Translations under genes and position numbers: made by a program
Notes under the pieces: model-generated
Told to the model about the DNA's origin: nothing
Seen by the model: only the letters and a program-made list of their open reading frames with translations
Databases searched by the model: none
Shown here: positions 51,501-60,283 of the stretch, one piece after another
Layout of the letters: every line of letters starts with the position of its first letter
How positions within the stretch are numbered: position 1 is the stretch's first letter
Assembly (NCBI GenBank): GCA_049516875.1
Contig: JBEKSS010000009.1
Location: 32,001-96,000, forward strand
From: Candidatus Bathyarchaeia archaeon
Lineage (GTDB): Archaea > Thermoproteota > Bathyarchaeia > Bathyarchaeales > Bathycorpusculaceae
Length of the DNA stretch: 64,000 nt
Direction of reading: 5' to 3'

Positions 51501-53327
51501 GTCGAACGTCACTTGATACTGGGTCTTCCAGTTCCAGGTTATGGTTGAGGGCGCACCAATCGTGAAGGTAACAGACGAGCCACTGCCTGAGACAGGAACG
51601 CTTCCCGTCCCAGTCCAACCCGTACACGCGTACTGGGTTCCAGCGCCACCGGACGCCGGAGACGTGACAGACTCGGTAATGCTCGACCCAGAGTCAAACC
51701 AGCCGCTCAACGGAGTGGGCGAATCATGCGCAGAAGTCACGGTCAAATAGTACTGCGTCTTCCAGTTCCAAGTTATACTTGAGGCTGCGGTTATGGTAAA
51801 AGGGACAGACGAAGAAATGCCGGACGCAGGAACACTTCCCGTACCTGTCCAGCCCGTACAAACGTACTGGGTTCCTGAAGGACCGGGCGTTGGAGACGTG
51901 ACTGACTCAGTTATGCTTGAGCCGGAGTCGAACCAGCCGCTCGCAGGAGTGGGCGAATCGTACGGGGAAGTGACGGTCAAATAGCACTGAGTCTTCCAGT
52001 TCCACGTGCACGTTGTGTAGGCATTAAGCGTAGATGAGCCGGTGGAGCTTGAGCCTGCACTGCCTCCAGAGCTTAGGCTTCCCGTACCTGTCCAGCCCGT
52101 TGTCTCATATTGGATTCCCGTTCCGTCAGAAACTGGTCTTGTGATAGTCGATGATACACTAGACCCAGCATTGTACCATCCTGCTCCAGTTGGATTGTCA
52201 TAGGTAGATGAAACGCTGAAGTAGTATTGAAGCTGGAAGACGGCGGTGTAGGTCGTGACTGCTGTTGGCGACACCGAGTGTGATTGAGCCCCAGAATCGC
52301 TCCAGCTTGAATAGATATATTGGCTTTGTCCAGATACTAAGGTAACAGGAGAGTTTGCGGCTATCGTGTGGGATGAGCCACTGTCCCACCAAGGAGTCGT
52401 GTATGGAGTTGTCACAGCACCTCCATCAACAGTAACGTAGCCACTTCCAGTGGCAGGCGAACTTGTAATCGTGTGCTGATACTGAGTCTCGTAGCTGCCA
52501 GTAACCGTTCCAGACGAATGAACAGGCGAAGACACACCTGTAACACCCGTTGAGACATACTGCTTACCCGAGCCCGCCGGAACAGGGCTGGTGTACGAGA
52601 AAGTTGTCCCATCATCAACCCAGATGGCACTCGACGGAAAAGTACTGTAAGTATACGTGCTGCTGCCCACCGTAAGAACCGTACCAGAAGCATCACTGCT
52701 CAACCCACTCTGCTGGAAAGTCACACTCCACTGAGTCTTATAGGTTGCCGAATAAGTTCCCGCAGCCATTATGGGCGAGGCACCTGAACTGCCCGTCTCA
52801 ACGAACTGCTTACCTGAACCGCCTGAAACAGTAGCCGTCCAACTGAAAGTCGTACCGCTGTCAACGTAAACGCTACTCGGCAAAGCATTGTAAGCATAGT
52901 TTGTTCCTCCCAACGTGAGAACAGTGTTGCTACCAGCATCGCTGTCTAACCCAGTTGCCGTGAAAGTCACCTGGTATTGAGTCTTGTAAGTGGCTGCGTC
53001 TGTCCCTGAAGCCGTTATAGGCGAAGCAAGACCTGAATCTCCAGTCTCGACGAACTGCTTGCCAGAACCGCCTGAGACTGTGGATGCCCACGTGAAGGTG
53101 GTTCCCTCGCTGTCAACCTCAAAGTTAACAGGCAAAGTGTTCCAAGCATAGTTTGTTCCTCCTAACGTGAGAACAGTGTTGCTACCAGCATCGCTGTCTA
53201 ACCCAGTTGCCGTGAAAGTCACCTGGTAGGGGGCCTGCGTGCGCGCTTCTCTTAGAGTCGTTAACATCAACAGTGTGAAGAGAACTAGCGAGACAAAAAG
53301 AAATGCGTAGAACCTTCTGTGTTTCAT
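48543..53327 (-). CDS. Giant Ser/Thr/Gly-rich repetitive surface protein with PEF-CTERM-like anchor (IPEY)
   Basis: Signal peptide; many 80-90-aa beta repeats (LTVSS..SP....CTGWTGTGSVP.SG....FTI....ITWNWKTQY); C-terminal IPEY, TM and KRKRR. Confidence 0.9.
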   Translation of the reverse strand: MKHRRFYAFLFVSLVLFTLLMLTTLREARTQAPYQVTFTATGLDSDAGSNTVLTLGGTNYAWNTLPVNFEVDSEGTTFTWASTVSGGSGKQFVETGDSGLASPITASGTDAATYKTQYQVTFTATGLDSDAGSNTVLTLGGTNYAYNALPSSVYVDSGTTFSWTATVSGGSGKQFVETGSSGASPIMAAGTYSATYKTQWSVTFQQSGLSSDASGTVLTVGSSTYTYSTFPSSAIWVDDGTTFSYTSPVPAGSGKQYVSTGVTGVSSPVHSSGTVTGSYETQYQHTITSSPATGSGYVTVDGGAVTTPYTTPWWDSGSSHTIAANSPVTLVSGQSQYIYSSWSDSGAQSHSVSPTAVTTYTAVFQLQYYFSVSSTYDNPTGAGWYNAGSSVSSTITRPVSDGTGIQYETTGWTGTGSLSSGGSAGSSSTGSSTLNAYTTCTWNWKTQCYLTVTSPYDSPTPASGWFDSGSSITESVTSPTPGPSGTQYVCTGWTGTGSVPASGISSSVPFTITAASSITWNWKTQYYLTVTSAHDSPTPLSGWFDSGSSITESVTSPASGGAGTQYACTGWTGTGSVPVSGSGSSVTFTIGAPSTITWNWKTQYQVTFDQTGVGSDFAGAVASVDSVNYGVSSLPVSLWLDSGSSHSFSFASPLIVGSKQYVWSSTSGLSPLQSGTLTVTASGNVVGNYIIQNQVTFDKVGVSSDFTGTVVIIDSVSYSRLQLPVSFSWSVGSTHSFAFQSPLVVGSTTKQYLWTSTSGLSSVQSGSITITTYGNIISNYKTQYYLTVSSPHDSPSPVSSWFDSGSSITESVTSPVSGGSGTQYVCTGWTGTGSVPASGTASSITFTIATPSSITWNWKTQYYLTVSSPYDSPTPLSGWFDSGSSITDSVTSPVSGGSGIQFVCTGWSGAGSVPASGSATSVTFTIVAPSSISWNWKTQYYLTVSSPYDSPTPLSWWFDSGSSIIESVTSPVSDGSGTHYICTGWTGTGSVPSSGSSSSVTFTITGTSSITWNWQVVQRRLTVSSAHDSPNPGNGLHIINDGTSVTCGVSSPVTESGTVWTCTGWTGTGSVPSSGSDSSVTFTVTQDSTITWNWHGNAVQHTLTVFSAHDNPSPAVGDHLYDEGDSVTCSVTSPVTEGGVAYVCTGWTGTGSVPSSGSDSSVTFTISQDSSITWNWQIVLWNLTVSSAHGSPSPAVGDYLVPSSGSDTSTTFTITENSTITWSWVVTPPVQWNLTVSSAHGSPSPAVGDYLYNDSASVTCSVSSPVVEAGVSYTCTGWVGSGSVPSSGSGVSVTFSITQNSSITWSWVVTPPVQWNLGVVSAHGSPSPGVGDRFYVPSSGSDTSTTFTITENSTITWSWVVTPPVQWNLTVSSAHDSPSPGVGNNPYGDGSSVTCSVTSPVTEAGQVWTCTGWVGSGSVPSSGSGSFVTFTITENSTITWNWQVRERPTIGSCDGTGAQKDVFNSDETVYVTGTGYAPNQTYNIYVVNDTAWVDGMTIPARIQGTVTSVSSDSSGNINLTAVWNKSLTPGKYDILVDVNGNGKYDADVDALYNNKIVTTAGFSLIPEYLFGTILGLAGCFAALGAFRMYKRKRR
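49202..49728. repeat. Identical 122-bp direct repeat within the surface-protein gene
   Basis: 49202-49323 equals 49607-49728 by direct reading. Confidence 0.88.
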
Positions 53328-53926
53328 TTCTTTTCTTGACTCCTTCTCCCTTTAATCAACAAGTACTGGGTCTTCCAGTTCCAAGTCATACTTGAGGGCT
53401 GTGTTATCGTAAAGTCTACGGATGTCACAATTCCAGAGGGTGGAACATCCCCGGTACCTGTCCAGCCCGTGCAGACGTACTGAGTGCCAGAACCGCCAGA
53501 AACCGGAGAAGTAACAGACTCGGTAATGCCAGAACCAGAGTCATACCAGCCACTCGCAGGAGAAGGCGAATCGTACGGGGAAGTGACGGTCAGGTAATAC
53601 TGGGTCTTCCAGTTCCAAGTTATACTCGAATCCATCGTTATAGTGAACGTGACGGATGAATCCGTGCCAGAAGGAGGAACACTGCCACTTCCAGACCAGC
53701 CCGTGCAAACGTACTGGATTCCTAAAGGACCGGGCGTTGGAGACGTAACACTGCAAGTAACAGAGTCATTATCATTGTACGTGTTAGGCCCAACAGGAGG
53801 GTTCGGATTGTCGTAGTCGGAAGAAACCGTCAACGTCCACGTTCCCTGCGCGCGCGTTGCAAAGTACATTAAAGCAGAGAAAATGAAAAGGATCAGCAAA
53901 GATGTAACTACTATTCTTTTCCTCAT
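53324..53926 (-). CDS. Short secreted paralog of the giant surface protein (two repeats, no anchor)
   Basis: Signal peptide and two repeat units, ending right after WKTQY. The stop overlaps the ATG of the large gene. Confidence 0.8.
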   Translation of the reverse strand: MRKRIVVTSLLILFIFSALMYFATRAQGTWTLTVSSDYDNPNPPVGPNTYNDNDSVTCSVTSPTPGPLGIQYVCTGWSGSGSVPPSGTDSSVTFTITMDSSITWNWKTQYYLTVTSPYDSPSPASGWYDSGSGITESVTSPVSGGSGTQYVCTGWTGTGDVPPSGIVTSVDFTITQPSSMTWNWKTQYLLIKGRRSQEKK

Positions 53927-54150
53927 TCTACTTTCTTCTTTAATCTTTACGGTTTACGAATAGTTGTTGTATCATTGTTTCACTGTTTTAACGTTTTCTT
54001 CCAAGAATCAACTGAAGCAGTATGGTGTGCGCTGAGAAAGGCATGATCCGGAAGTGGGCAGCGCAGGCAACAGTCGGTGAAAAATCATCATGATAGTTTA
54101 GACGACGCGTCAACGAGCTCTTTTCTGCGAGGCGCGCGCCGATCAAGTTC

Positions 54151-54687
54151 TTAGTGTTGGATAACTCGATTGCTTGCTGTGAGGATGGATTCTATGAAGG
54201 CTGATTTTGCTTCTGTGTAACCTAAACGATCTGTCCCGTACTTTATAGCCAATCTCTTCTTCAGATTGAAGTACGCTTGAGCTATCTGAGGGTTTTTCCT
54301 AAGAAAATCGCGGAACACTATGTGTTTTTTCCAGTGTTCACTATTGAACTTGACAAGGTGCAGATGGTATCCGACACTGTGTGAGCCCTTTCCCAAACAG
54401 TAATACCATTCTGTGTTATCTGGTTGCGGCGTGACATCTTTGTAGCCGACGCTTTCCAATGGCGAGATGCATTGATTCGCTTCATCAACGCTGTTGACAC
54501 CCGCCATTATGTCGATGATGTTCTTCCCACCTAATTTAGGCACTGCCGTACTGCCGACATGTTCGAACGCGCAGATTCTGTGCTCAAGAACTCTGCGAAC
54601 AAACGCTTTCTCCTTCTCGTAAAGTGTCCGCCACTGCGGATCATAATCAACGATGATTACTGCGCTAGGCAACCCTTTTCCCAGCAA
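54151..54687 (-). CDS. GrpB-family nucleotidyltransferase-fold protein
   Basis: IVDYDPQW, EHVGSTAVP.L..K.IIDI, HLHL, FRDFLR, Y..LK..LA, YTEAK. Confidence 0.9.
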   Translation of the reverse strand: MLGKGLPSAVIIVDYDPQWRTLYEKEKAFVRRVLEHRICAFEHVGSTAVPKLGGKNIIDIMAGVNSVDEANQCISPLESVGYKDVTPQPDNTEWYYCLGKGSHSVGYHLHLVKFNSEHWKKHIVFRDFLRKNPQIAQAYFNLKKRLAIKYGTDRLGYTEAKSAFIESILTASNRVIQH

Positions 54688-54866
54688 TCAAGATTGTTTG
54701 AGGAACAGAAAAGTCTTTGGTCTTGTGCAAGCATCGCTGGAAGCGCTCGCATTGGCGATATTCGGCATAGCGCGCGCTAAGTAAGTCATTCCTTTTATTG
54801 TTTTTGTTTGTTTGCATGGGGGCTGAGAGAAAGAAAGAGAGAATGAGAAGTAGAAAGAAGTGTGTG

Positions 54867-54886
54867 TTTGGGATAAGACTTTACCC
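54867..54886 (+). repeat. Dispersed intergenic motif GATAARACTTTACCC, copy 1
   Basis: TTTGGGATAAGACTTTACCC. Confidence 0.85.
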
Positions 54887-54940
54887 TTTCTCTCTCTCAT
54901 CACAACCACGGAGTATGTTTCGCCGGATTATTCCCGCGAT

Positions 54941-55663
54941 TTAGCTGGTTGCCGTGACATTGATGTAGGTTTCAGCCCAAAATGGAGGAAGGTAAGAGGA
55001 CAAGCTAGGGTAGAAACGAGGGTCCGGTACGAAGGCGTCTACAACGTATGTGCCCGGAGTAACACGTAAAGAAGATTCTGGATAAATGACTGTCTGGTTC
55101 CACACGAATGTTCTTGTTAGGCTTTGGCCGGGGGGAATTGTGAGCGTCGTCTGACTTTGGTTAAGTGGAACAGTATACCACATTTCGAGGCCCTCTTCAG
55201 GACTATCAGCGATATAATATGTATTCCACACTTCGACTATGACGGGAGGATCTACGATAGAAGAGAAGGAGTGGGGTATGTAGCCTAGGTTTGTCAAGGT
55301 CACTGTGATGTGGACGTCTTCGGTCAGCGCGTAAATAGACTTGTCTGTTGAGACTGTGAAAGACCATTTCGGGGTGCCAATGACCCAGGCTGCGTGGGTG
55401 GCTCCTGAAGACGCGATTATCAAACCGAAAATGAGAACAAGAAACTTTCTCCAGCTGAGCCTTTGATTACTTAGCAGATGATCTAAAGCAAAAACGAAAG
55501 TGAAAATCCAAGCAAACGCTAGAATAGGATACGCCCATACGTACTGCATTTCTTGATAGAGATTTACTTCTTGATAAACTGTCATTGCAAGACTTGCACC
55601 CGTCAAGATGCAGACAGACGCACTAAACACCAGAAGGCTGAGTCTGAAGCTCATTCTCTTCAC
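54941..55663 (-). CDS. Membrane protein with three TM helices and a C-terminal Ig-like (BsuPI-like) domain
   Basis: VSTDKSIY...V.ITVTLTN...IPPGQSLTRTFVWNQ...PGTY.V. Confidence 0.72.
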   Translation of the reverse strand: MKRMSFRLSLLVFSASVCILTGASLAMTVYQEVNLYQEMQYVWAYPILAFAWIFTFVFALDHLLSNQRLSWRKFLVLIFGLIIASSGATHAAWVIGTPKWSFTVSTDKSIYALTEDVHITVTLTNLGYIPHSFSSIVDPPVIVEVWNTYYIADSPEEGLEMWYTVPLNQSQTTLTIPPGQSLTRTFVWNQTVIYPESSLRVTPGTYVVDAFVPDPRFYPSLSSYLPPFWAETYINVTATS

Positions 55664-55857
55664 TTTTTCAGAGACGTCTCACGGAATTTAAACTTTTGGA
55701 CGCACCACGTGCGCTGGAAACGCAATAATGCCGATTTTTCGTCAATGTTCACCCGTCCACAGGTCAAGCGCGCGCAGAATGGGTTGAACTCGATGTCTGT
55801 CTGTGTCTCTCAGAGAGAGGTAGTATATAGGTGAAAGAAGCAGAGATAGAGGTTTGG

Positions 55858-55884
55858 GTTTGGGGATAAAACTTTACCCCAACC
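55858..55884 (+). repeat. Dispersed motif, copy 2
   Basis: GTTTGGGGATAAAACTTTACCCCAACC, an imperfect hairpin. Confidence 0.85.
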
Positions 55885-55961
55885 AACAACCGACGACGCG
55901 CGCGCACTTTCATATCTGCAGGAGGAATCACTCAGCGCACGTGCTATTCGCTTGTGCAGCT

Positions 55962-56660
55962 TCAAACTTTTTCAGGTGTGATGTTTAGCCATATCTTTCG
56001 TTTTAGACCTCCAAAGGAGGTGAGGCTTGTGACAAGCAAAGTGCCCGCCAGGATGAGATTTCCCAAGGTGGCAGATGCAGGGTTTTGTGCAATATAGAGG
56101 CTGACACATACAAAAATGTAGAAAGACAAAAGACCCGTGAGGCATTGAGTCGCGTGGATGATTTTTCGTGCTTGATAAGCCTTTGATTTCAAGACACTTA
56201 GAACGGATCTCAACCGTTTGGAGATATCGGAAAGATCATCTAAGATAAGAGTCAAACCGCCTAAAACAAAGAATCGTCCAACATTAGTCGCTAGGCTAGC
56301 GTTGCGTGCCGTGAATAGACTGACTAGAGGAACGGATGTGGACATCTTTAGCATAATAGCGGATAAAACCAAGACCACGAACCCATAAACGTAGTGATGA
56401 AACCATAACCTTCCAGTTTTCATTCTACCAACGCTCATGGCCGGAAAAATGTTTACAATTGAAGCTAGAATTATCACCCAGAAAAGGGAACCATCAACCA
56501 GATACGGCGGATAAAGCTTCCAATTAGCCTCATAAAAACCCGCCAAGAGTCCGATTGCATACACTATGCACAGAAGGCAATTGAAAGTCAAGACCAAACT
56601 AAACAGTTTTCTTCCACAGACCGAGACAAGGCTAACCACTGAATCGGCACCACTCCGCAA
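55962..56660 (-). CDS. Multi-pass membrane hypothetical protein
   Basis: About 6 TM helices; RLWFHHYVYG and GGLTLILDD. Confidence 0.75.
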   Translation of the reverse strand: MRSGADSVVSLVSVCGRKLFSLVLTFNCLLCIVYAIGLLAGFYEANWKLYPPYLVDGSLFWVIILASIVNIFPAMSVGRMKTGRLWFHHYVYGFVVLVLSAIMLKMSTSVPLVSLFTARNASLATNVGRFFVLGGLTLILDDLSDISKRLRSVLSVLKSKAYQARKIIHATQCLTGLLSFYIFVCVSLYIAQNPASATLGNLILAGTLLVTSLTSFGGLKRKIWLNITPEKV

Positions 56661-56929
56661 TCTTCAAACTGGCATAATAAATTCGTGAATCCGTCTAATA
56701 GCTGTTTTTGTAAACCAAATCATTAAGTCTCATTTTAGCACGCGCTAAAAAGCCAATTGCTTCTTGGCCTGCGTTCAAAACAAACCCATTTAGAATAAAC
56801 TTCTATGCGGACACCCACCGGTCCACTTGAAACTGCAAATGGATCTTGCTTTGAGCGCGCGCGAATTTTGGTAGAATTCTGTAAAAAGTTTATAGTCCAA
56901 TCTTCGAGGCACATTGTGTAGGAGTAGGA

Positions 56930-57106
56930 ATGAAAACCATTAAAATCCCAAATGAAACATTCGAATTCTTAGCGTACGTTGCGCGGCAAGACGTAACGTT
57001 ACCGCCTCTTCTCGTTGATTACCTAAAATGGGACCGTTACACAAAAGAAGAGGTCAAAGCCCATCTTCACGTATTGGACAGCACATGCAACAAAGTCCGC
57101 GTTTAA
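56930..57106 (+). CDS. 58-aa ribbon-helix-helix-like protein (below the ORF-track cutoff)
   Basis: MKTIKIPNETFEFLAYVARQDVTLPPLLVDYLKW...; RBS GGAGTAGG; BRE/TATA AAAAAGTTTATA at 56883. Confidence 0.65.
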   Translation: MKTIKIPNETFEFLAYVARQDVTLPPLLVDYLKWDRYTKEEVKAHLHVLDSTCNKVRV

Positions 57107-57261
57107 ATACTGCAAGACTTCAAAATCATTTGATGAAGTCTGAAGTTTTCTTTAATCGTCGTGTGTGTGTTTGTTATGTGTGCATGTTTTAGTTATGTGT
57201 GTGAGGAGAGAGAGTAAGAGTATTAGAGTAAGAGTATGAGAGAGAGAGAGAAAGAGAGAAA

Positions 57262-57285
57262 GATAAAACTTTACCCCAACCAACC
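57262..57285 (+). repeat. Dispersed motif, copy 3, inside a low-complexity GT/GA then AC tract (about 57150-57400)
   Basis: GATAAAACTTTACCCCAACCAACC. Confidence 0.85.
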
Positions 57286-57459
57286 AATTTCACGGTCACT
57301 CGCTCTGCCAGTCACTCAAGCTCTCAATCACTCGCTTTGCCAACCTGCTCCTCTACTCCTACACCTACCTATACCTATACCACCACACCACACACGCACA
57401 CGGCGTGAGTGTGAAGGAAGGGCAGGCTAAAACGCGGGGGCCTAGAAGAGTATTAGTAA

Positions 57460-58058
57460 TTGGTAAAGCACAATTCTAGTGAAGAGTGGAACTCTGAACT
57501 TCATCCGCCGGACCGGTCTCAAAGAAGTCATATCCGATGGGCAAACCGAGAGGGATGTGATGAGTATCAAATCTTGCTTAACCGTATGCCATTAATCAAC
57601 AGGCTTCCCGTAGATACAACTTGGTCGAGGGTAGAGTCGAGAAGGAAGACTTGCCCTCATTGAGGCTTATCAATGAGATTTCGTGGATTGATCTTTCATT
57701 CTCCACTGGAGACATACCAATAGCCGCGCGCAATGTGGAGATTCATAGCAGGGTCAAGTTGCCGCTCCCGCGGGGGGTCATAACTGACGGGCTAACGCGG
57801 CAGCAATATTCCGATAGATTGGTGCAGAGTTTATCCGAATTTAGAAGCCAAGCCGCGGCCACAGGTCACAATCTAAGGTTAATTCTGATGAGCTGTCGTC
57901 AAGGTGGGCCATTCACGATCCTAGAGGGAAATCACACGGCAATGGCATTATATTTTAGGCATTTCATCGATGAGCCTCAGATTCAGTATCCTGCGCATTA
58001 TGCGTACCTGGGCGTTTCCTTTGATATGGTTAATTATCAGTTTTTTCACAGCTCCTAG
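57460..58058 (+). CDS. ParB/Srx-like fold hypothetical protein, frameshift near 57635
   Basis: ORFs 57460-57663 and 57621-58058 overlap out of frame; FTILEGNH.AMAL resembles the ParB/Srx xDGxHR motif. Confidence 0.5.
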
Positions 58059-58148
58059 CATGTCACGCGCTAAAGAGTGAAAAGGCGCGCGCATTCGGAT
58101 TTGTTGGTGCGTGCGCATGGACTGTTTCAAAAAGCAAGTGCGCCTGCT

Positions 58149-58916
58149 TCAGCGCAATAGGTTTAGAAGTTGCTCTGCATCCTTTGGAGGGTAGCCTGAA
58201 TAGTACTTGCTGAAATATCCAAAAACCTCCAATTGCCTATCCAAGAAACTCTTCACCTGAACTGCCCACTTTCTAATGTCTTCTGTTCTGTCAACTTCGA
58301 CCTTACACAAAGTTCCATTCACCTTTCTTCTATCTCCTTTCAACCTCACGTAGACAAAATCGGTCGCTACCTCCTCCTCAGGGACAGGCTGACCAACTAA
58401 AACCAGAGCCACACCGTTCTCTCTGAGAAGAGAGTTCAACTTTTCTCCCAGCAAGCCTTTGTTTCTCACTTCAACGGCGTAGCGAAAGCCTTTCGGCAAG
58501 GTGGATAAAAACTCTCGCAGAGTTGGAAAATGCTTGGGTCCAAATGAGCGGGGGAACTGGAGCAGGAGCGGTCCGAGCTTGTTCTGCAAATGGGACATTC
58601 TGGAAATGAAGGTGTCCACCTCTCTTTCACAATCCCGCAGCATTTTGACGTGAGTTATGATTCTGGGAAACTTTGCTGAGAACAAGAAACCCTCAGGCGT
58701 CTGTTTTCTCCAAGCCTTCACCGTGCTTGCCGAGGGAATCCTGTAGAACGTGTTGTCTAATTCCACAGAGTCAAAGTGTTTCGCATATTCGGCCAGAAAC
58801 GCTGCGGGCTTGAGGCCACGTGGATAGAAGTCGCCGACCCAGAACCAGTAGCTCCAGCCCATCGTGCCAATGTGTAATTTTCCTATTCTGCCTCTTTTGC
58901 CCTCAGAACTAGCCAC
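58149..58916 (-). CDS. DUF72 (YecE-like) TIM-barrel protein
   Basis: IGTMGWSY..W.G.FYP, VELDNTFYRIP, F.FSAKFP..ITH, LLQFP.SF, AVEVR, YVRL.G. Confidence 0.92.
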   Translation of the reverse strand: MASSEGKRGRIGKLHIGTMGWSYWFWVGDFYPRGLKPAAFLAEYAKHFDSVELDNTFYRIPSASTVKAWRKQTPEGFLFSAKFPRIITHVKMLRDCEREVDTFISRMSHLQNKLGPLLLQFPRSFGPKHFPTLREFLSTLPKGFRYAVEVRNKGLLGEKLNSLLRENGVALVLVGQPVPEEEVATDFVYVRLKGDRRKVNGTLCKVEVDRTEDIRKWAVQVKSFLDRQLEVFGYFSKYYSGYPPKDAEQLLNLLR

Positions 58917-60283
58917 TGTTTCTCCCCCGCCTTCTTAAACCGCGCCAACACATACCTGCCGCGTAATCTCTGGCCGTGCAGAGTGAACTCCACCAGGTTA
59001 TCACTCCAAACCTTCGTCTCGTACGTCCCACTGTCAAATATCTTCACCGTTCCAGCTCCATACTGCCCTTCCGGTATTGTTCCCTCAAAACTCCGATATT
59101 CCAGCGGGTGATCCTCCGTTTCCACGGCAAGCCTCTTCTCCCCCGGCTGCTCAGGCATTCCCCTCGGAACAGCCCAGCTTTTCAACACCCCGTTCTTCTC
59201 CAGTCGCAAATCGTAATGAAGCCTTCTCGCGTGATGCTCCTGAACAACAAAAGTTCGTCCCCCCTCGTTGCTAACCGTCCCTGATGGTTCCGGTGTGACC
59301 GCAAAGTCCCTTCTTGAAACGTACGGTTGCAGGCTACCCTGCATTATCTGATCCAACGTGCACTCGGAAGGAAGCTTGTCATCCCTAATTCCAAGAAACC
59401 TAGCCATGCGCAGTCTGCCATCTTTGGTAACGTTTTGATAAGCCACTTGGCAAACGGTCTCAGGCTTCAACCAGACTATCTCTTCTTGAGCATCGACCCC
59501 CTCGAGAGTCTTATCCTCGACTCTGAGAGGTTCAAACGTTTTCAACAGCGATTCCATGTTTTTTTGACTGAAGCCAGTTCCCACCTTACCCACGTAGACG
59601 GGTCCCGCCTTGCCAAACAGTCCCAAAACCAGTGCCCCAAACGTCGACTCTCTCGCTCCTTTGCCGATTGTGTAGCCAAAAATGACGCAGTCGCACGTCA
59701 GGATTGGTTTGATTTTCAACCAGTTCGTGCTTCTGGCTCCAGGTTCGTACGTGCTGTCCTTTTTCTTGGCCATCACGCCTTCCATGCCCTTCGCCAAGGC
59801 AGCCTTGTAGTATGCCTCTCCCTCTGTTTCCACGTATGCGGACAACACAACGTAGCTTCCTTCGCGCACGTACTCTTTCAAAAGCCCTTTTCTCTCGATC
59901 AGTGGAAGCTGAACAAGAGGGTTCCCGTCTTTCTCGAGTATGTCGAAAACTATGTAGGTTGCGGGTGACGTTAGCCGCAAGTACTTGACGTTTTCAATGG
60001 AAGAGGTCTTGCTTCTCTCCGAGAGCGCTTGAAAGTCAGCCTTGCCTCCCTTTATGACGACTATTTCGCCGTCGATCACCGAGTTCTCTGTTAGGCTTTT
60101 CAGCTCTTCTAGCTCTGGAAAATTGTATCGCAGTTCTCTGTCGTTTCTGCTTCTTATGCTGAGTCCACCGTTAACGTAGCTTATGGCCCTTATGCCGTCC
60201 CATTTGACTTCGAATATCCAGTCTTCTGAATTGAAAGGTTTTTCAGTGTGCTGGGCAAGCATCGGCCTGTAGTGTTGTCTCAT
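58883..60283 (-). CDS. ligD: NHEJ ATP-dependent DNA ligase fused to a C-terminal 3'-phosphoesterase (PE) domain
   Basis: EVKWDGIR, DGEIV, FDIL, EGVMAK, WLKIK; then FVVQEHHARRLHYDLRLE, KSWAVP, EDHPLEY, GQYGAG. Confidence 0.93.
   Translation of the reverse strand: MRQHYRPMLAQHTEKPFNSEDWIFEVKWDGIRAISYVNGGLSIRSRNDRELRYNFPELEELKSLTENSVIDGEIVVIKGGKADFQALSERSKTSSIENVKYLRLTSPATYIVFDILEKDGNPLVQLPLIERKGLLKEYVREGSYVVLSAYVETEGEAYYKAALAKGMEGVMAKKKDSTYEPGARSTNWLKIKPILTCDCVIFGYTIGKGARESTFGALVLGLFGKAGPVYVGKVGTGFSQKNMESLLKTFEPLRVEDKTLEGVDAQEEIVWLKPETVCQVAYQNVTKDGRLRMARFLGIRDDKLPSECTLDQIMQGSLQPYVSRRDFAVTPEPSGTVSNEGGRTFVVQEHHARRLHYDLRLEKNGVLKSWAVPRGMPEQPGEKRLAVETEDHPLEYRSFEGTIPEGQYGAGTVKIFDSGTYETKVWSDNLVEFTLHGQRLRGRYVLARFKKAGEKQWLVLRAKEAE

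Noticed and set aside
48543-53926. Diversity-generating retroelement template/variable repeats
   Set aside because: No reverse transcriptase is in the window, and repeat copies are identical or differ without an evident adenine-specific pattern.
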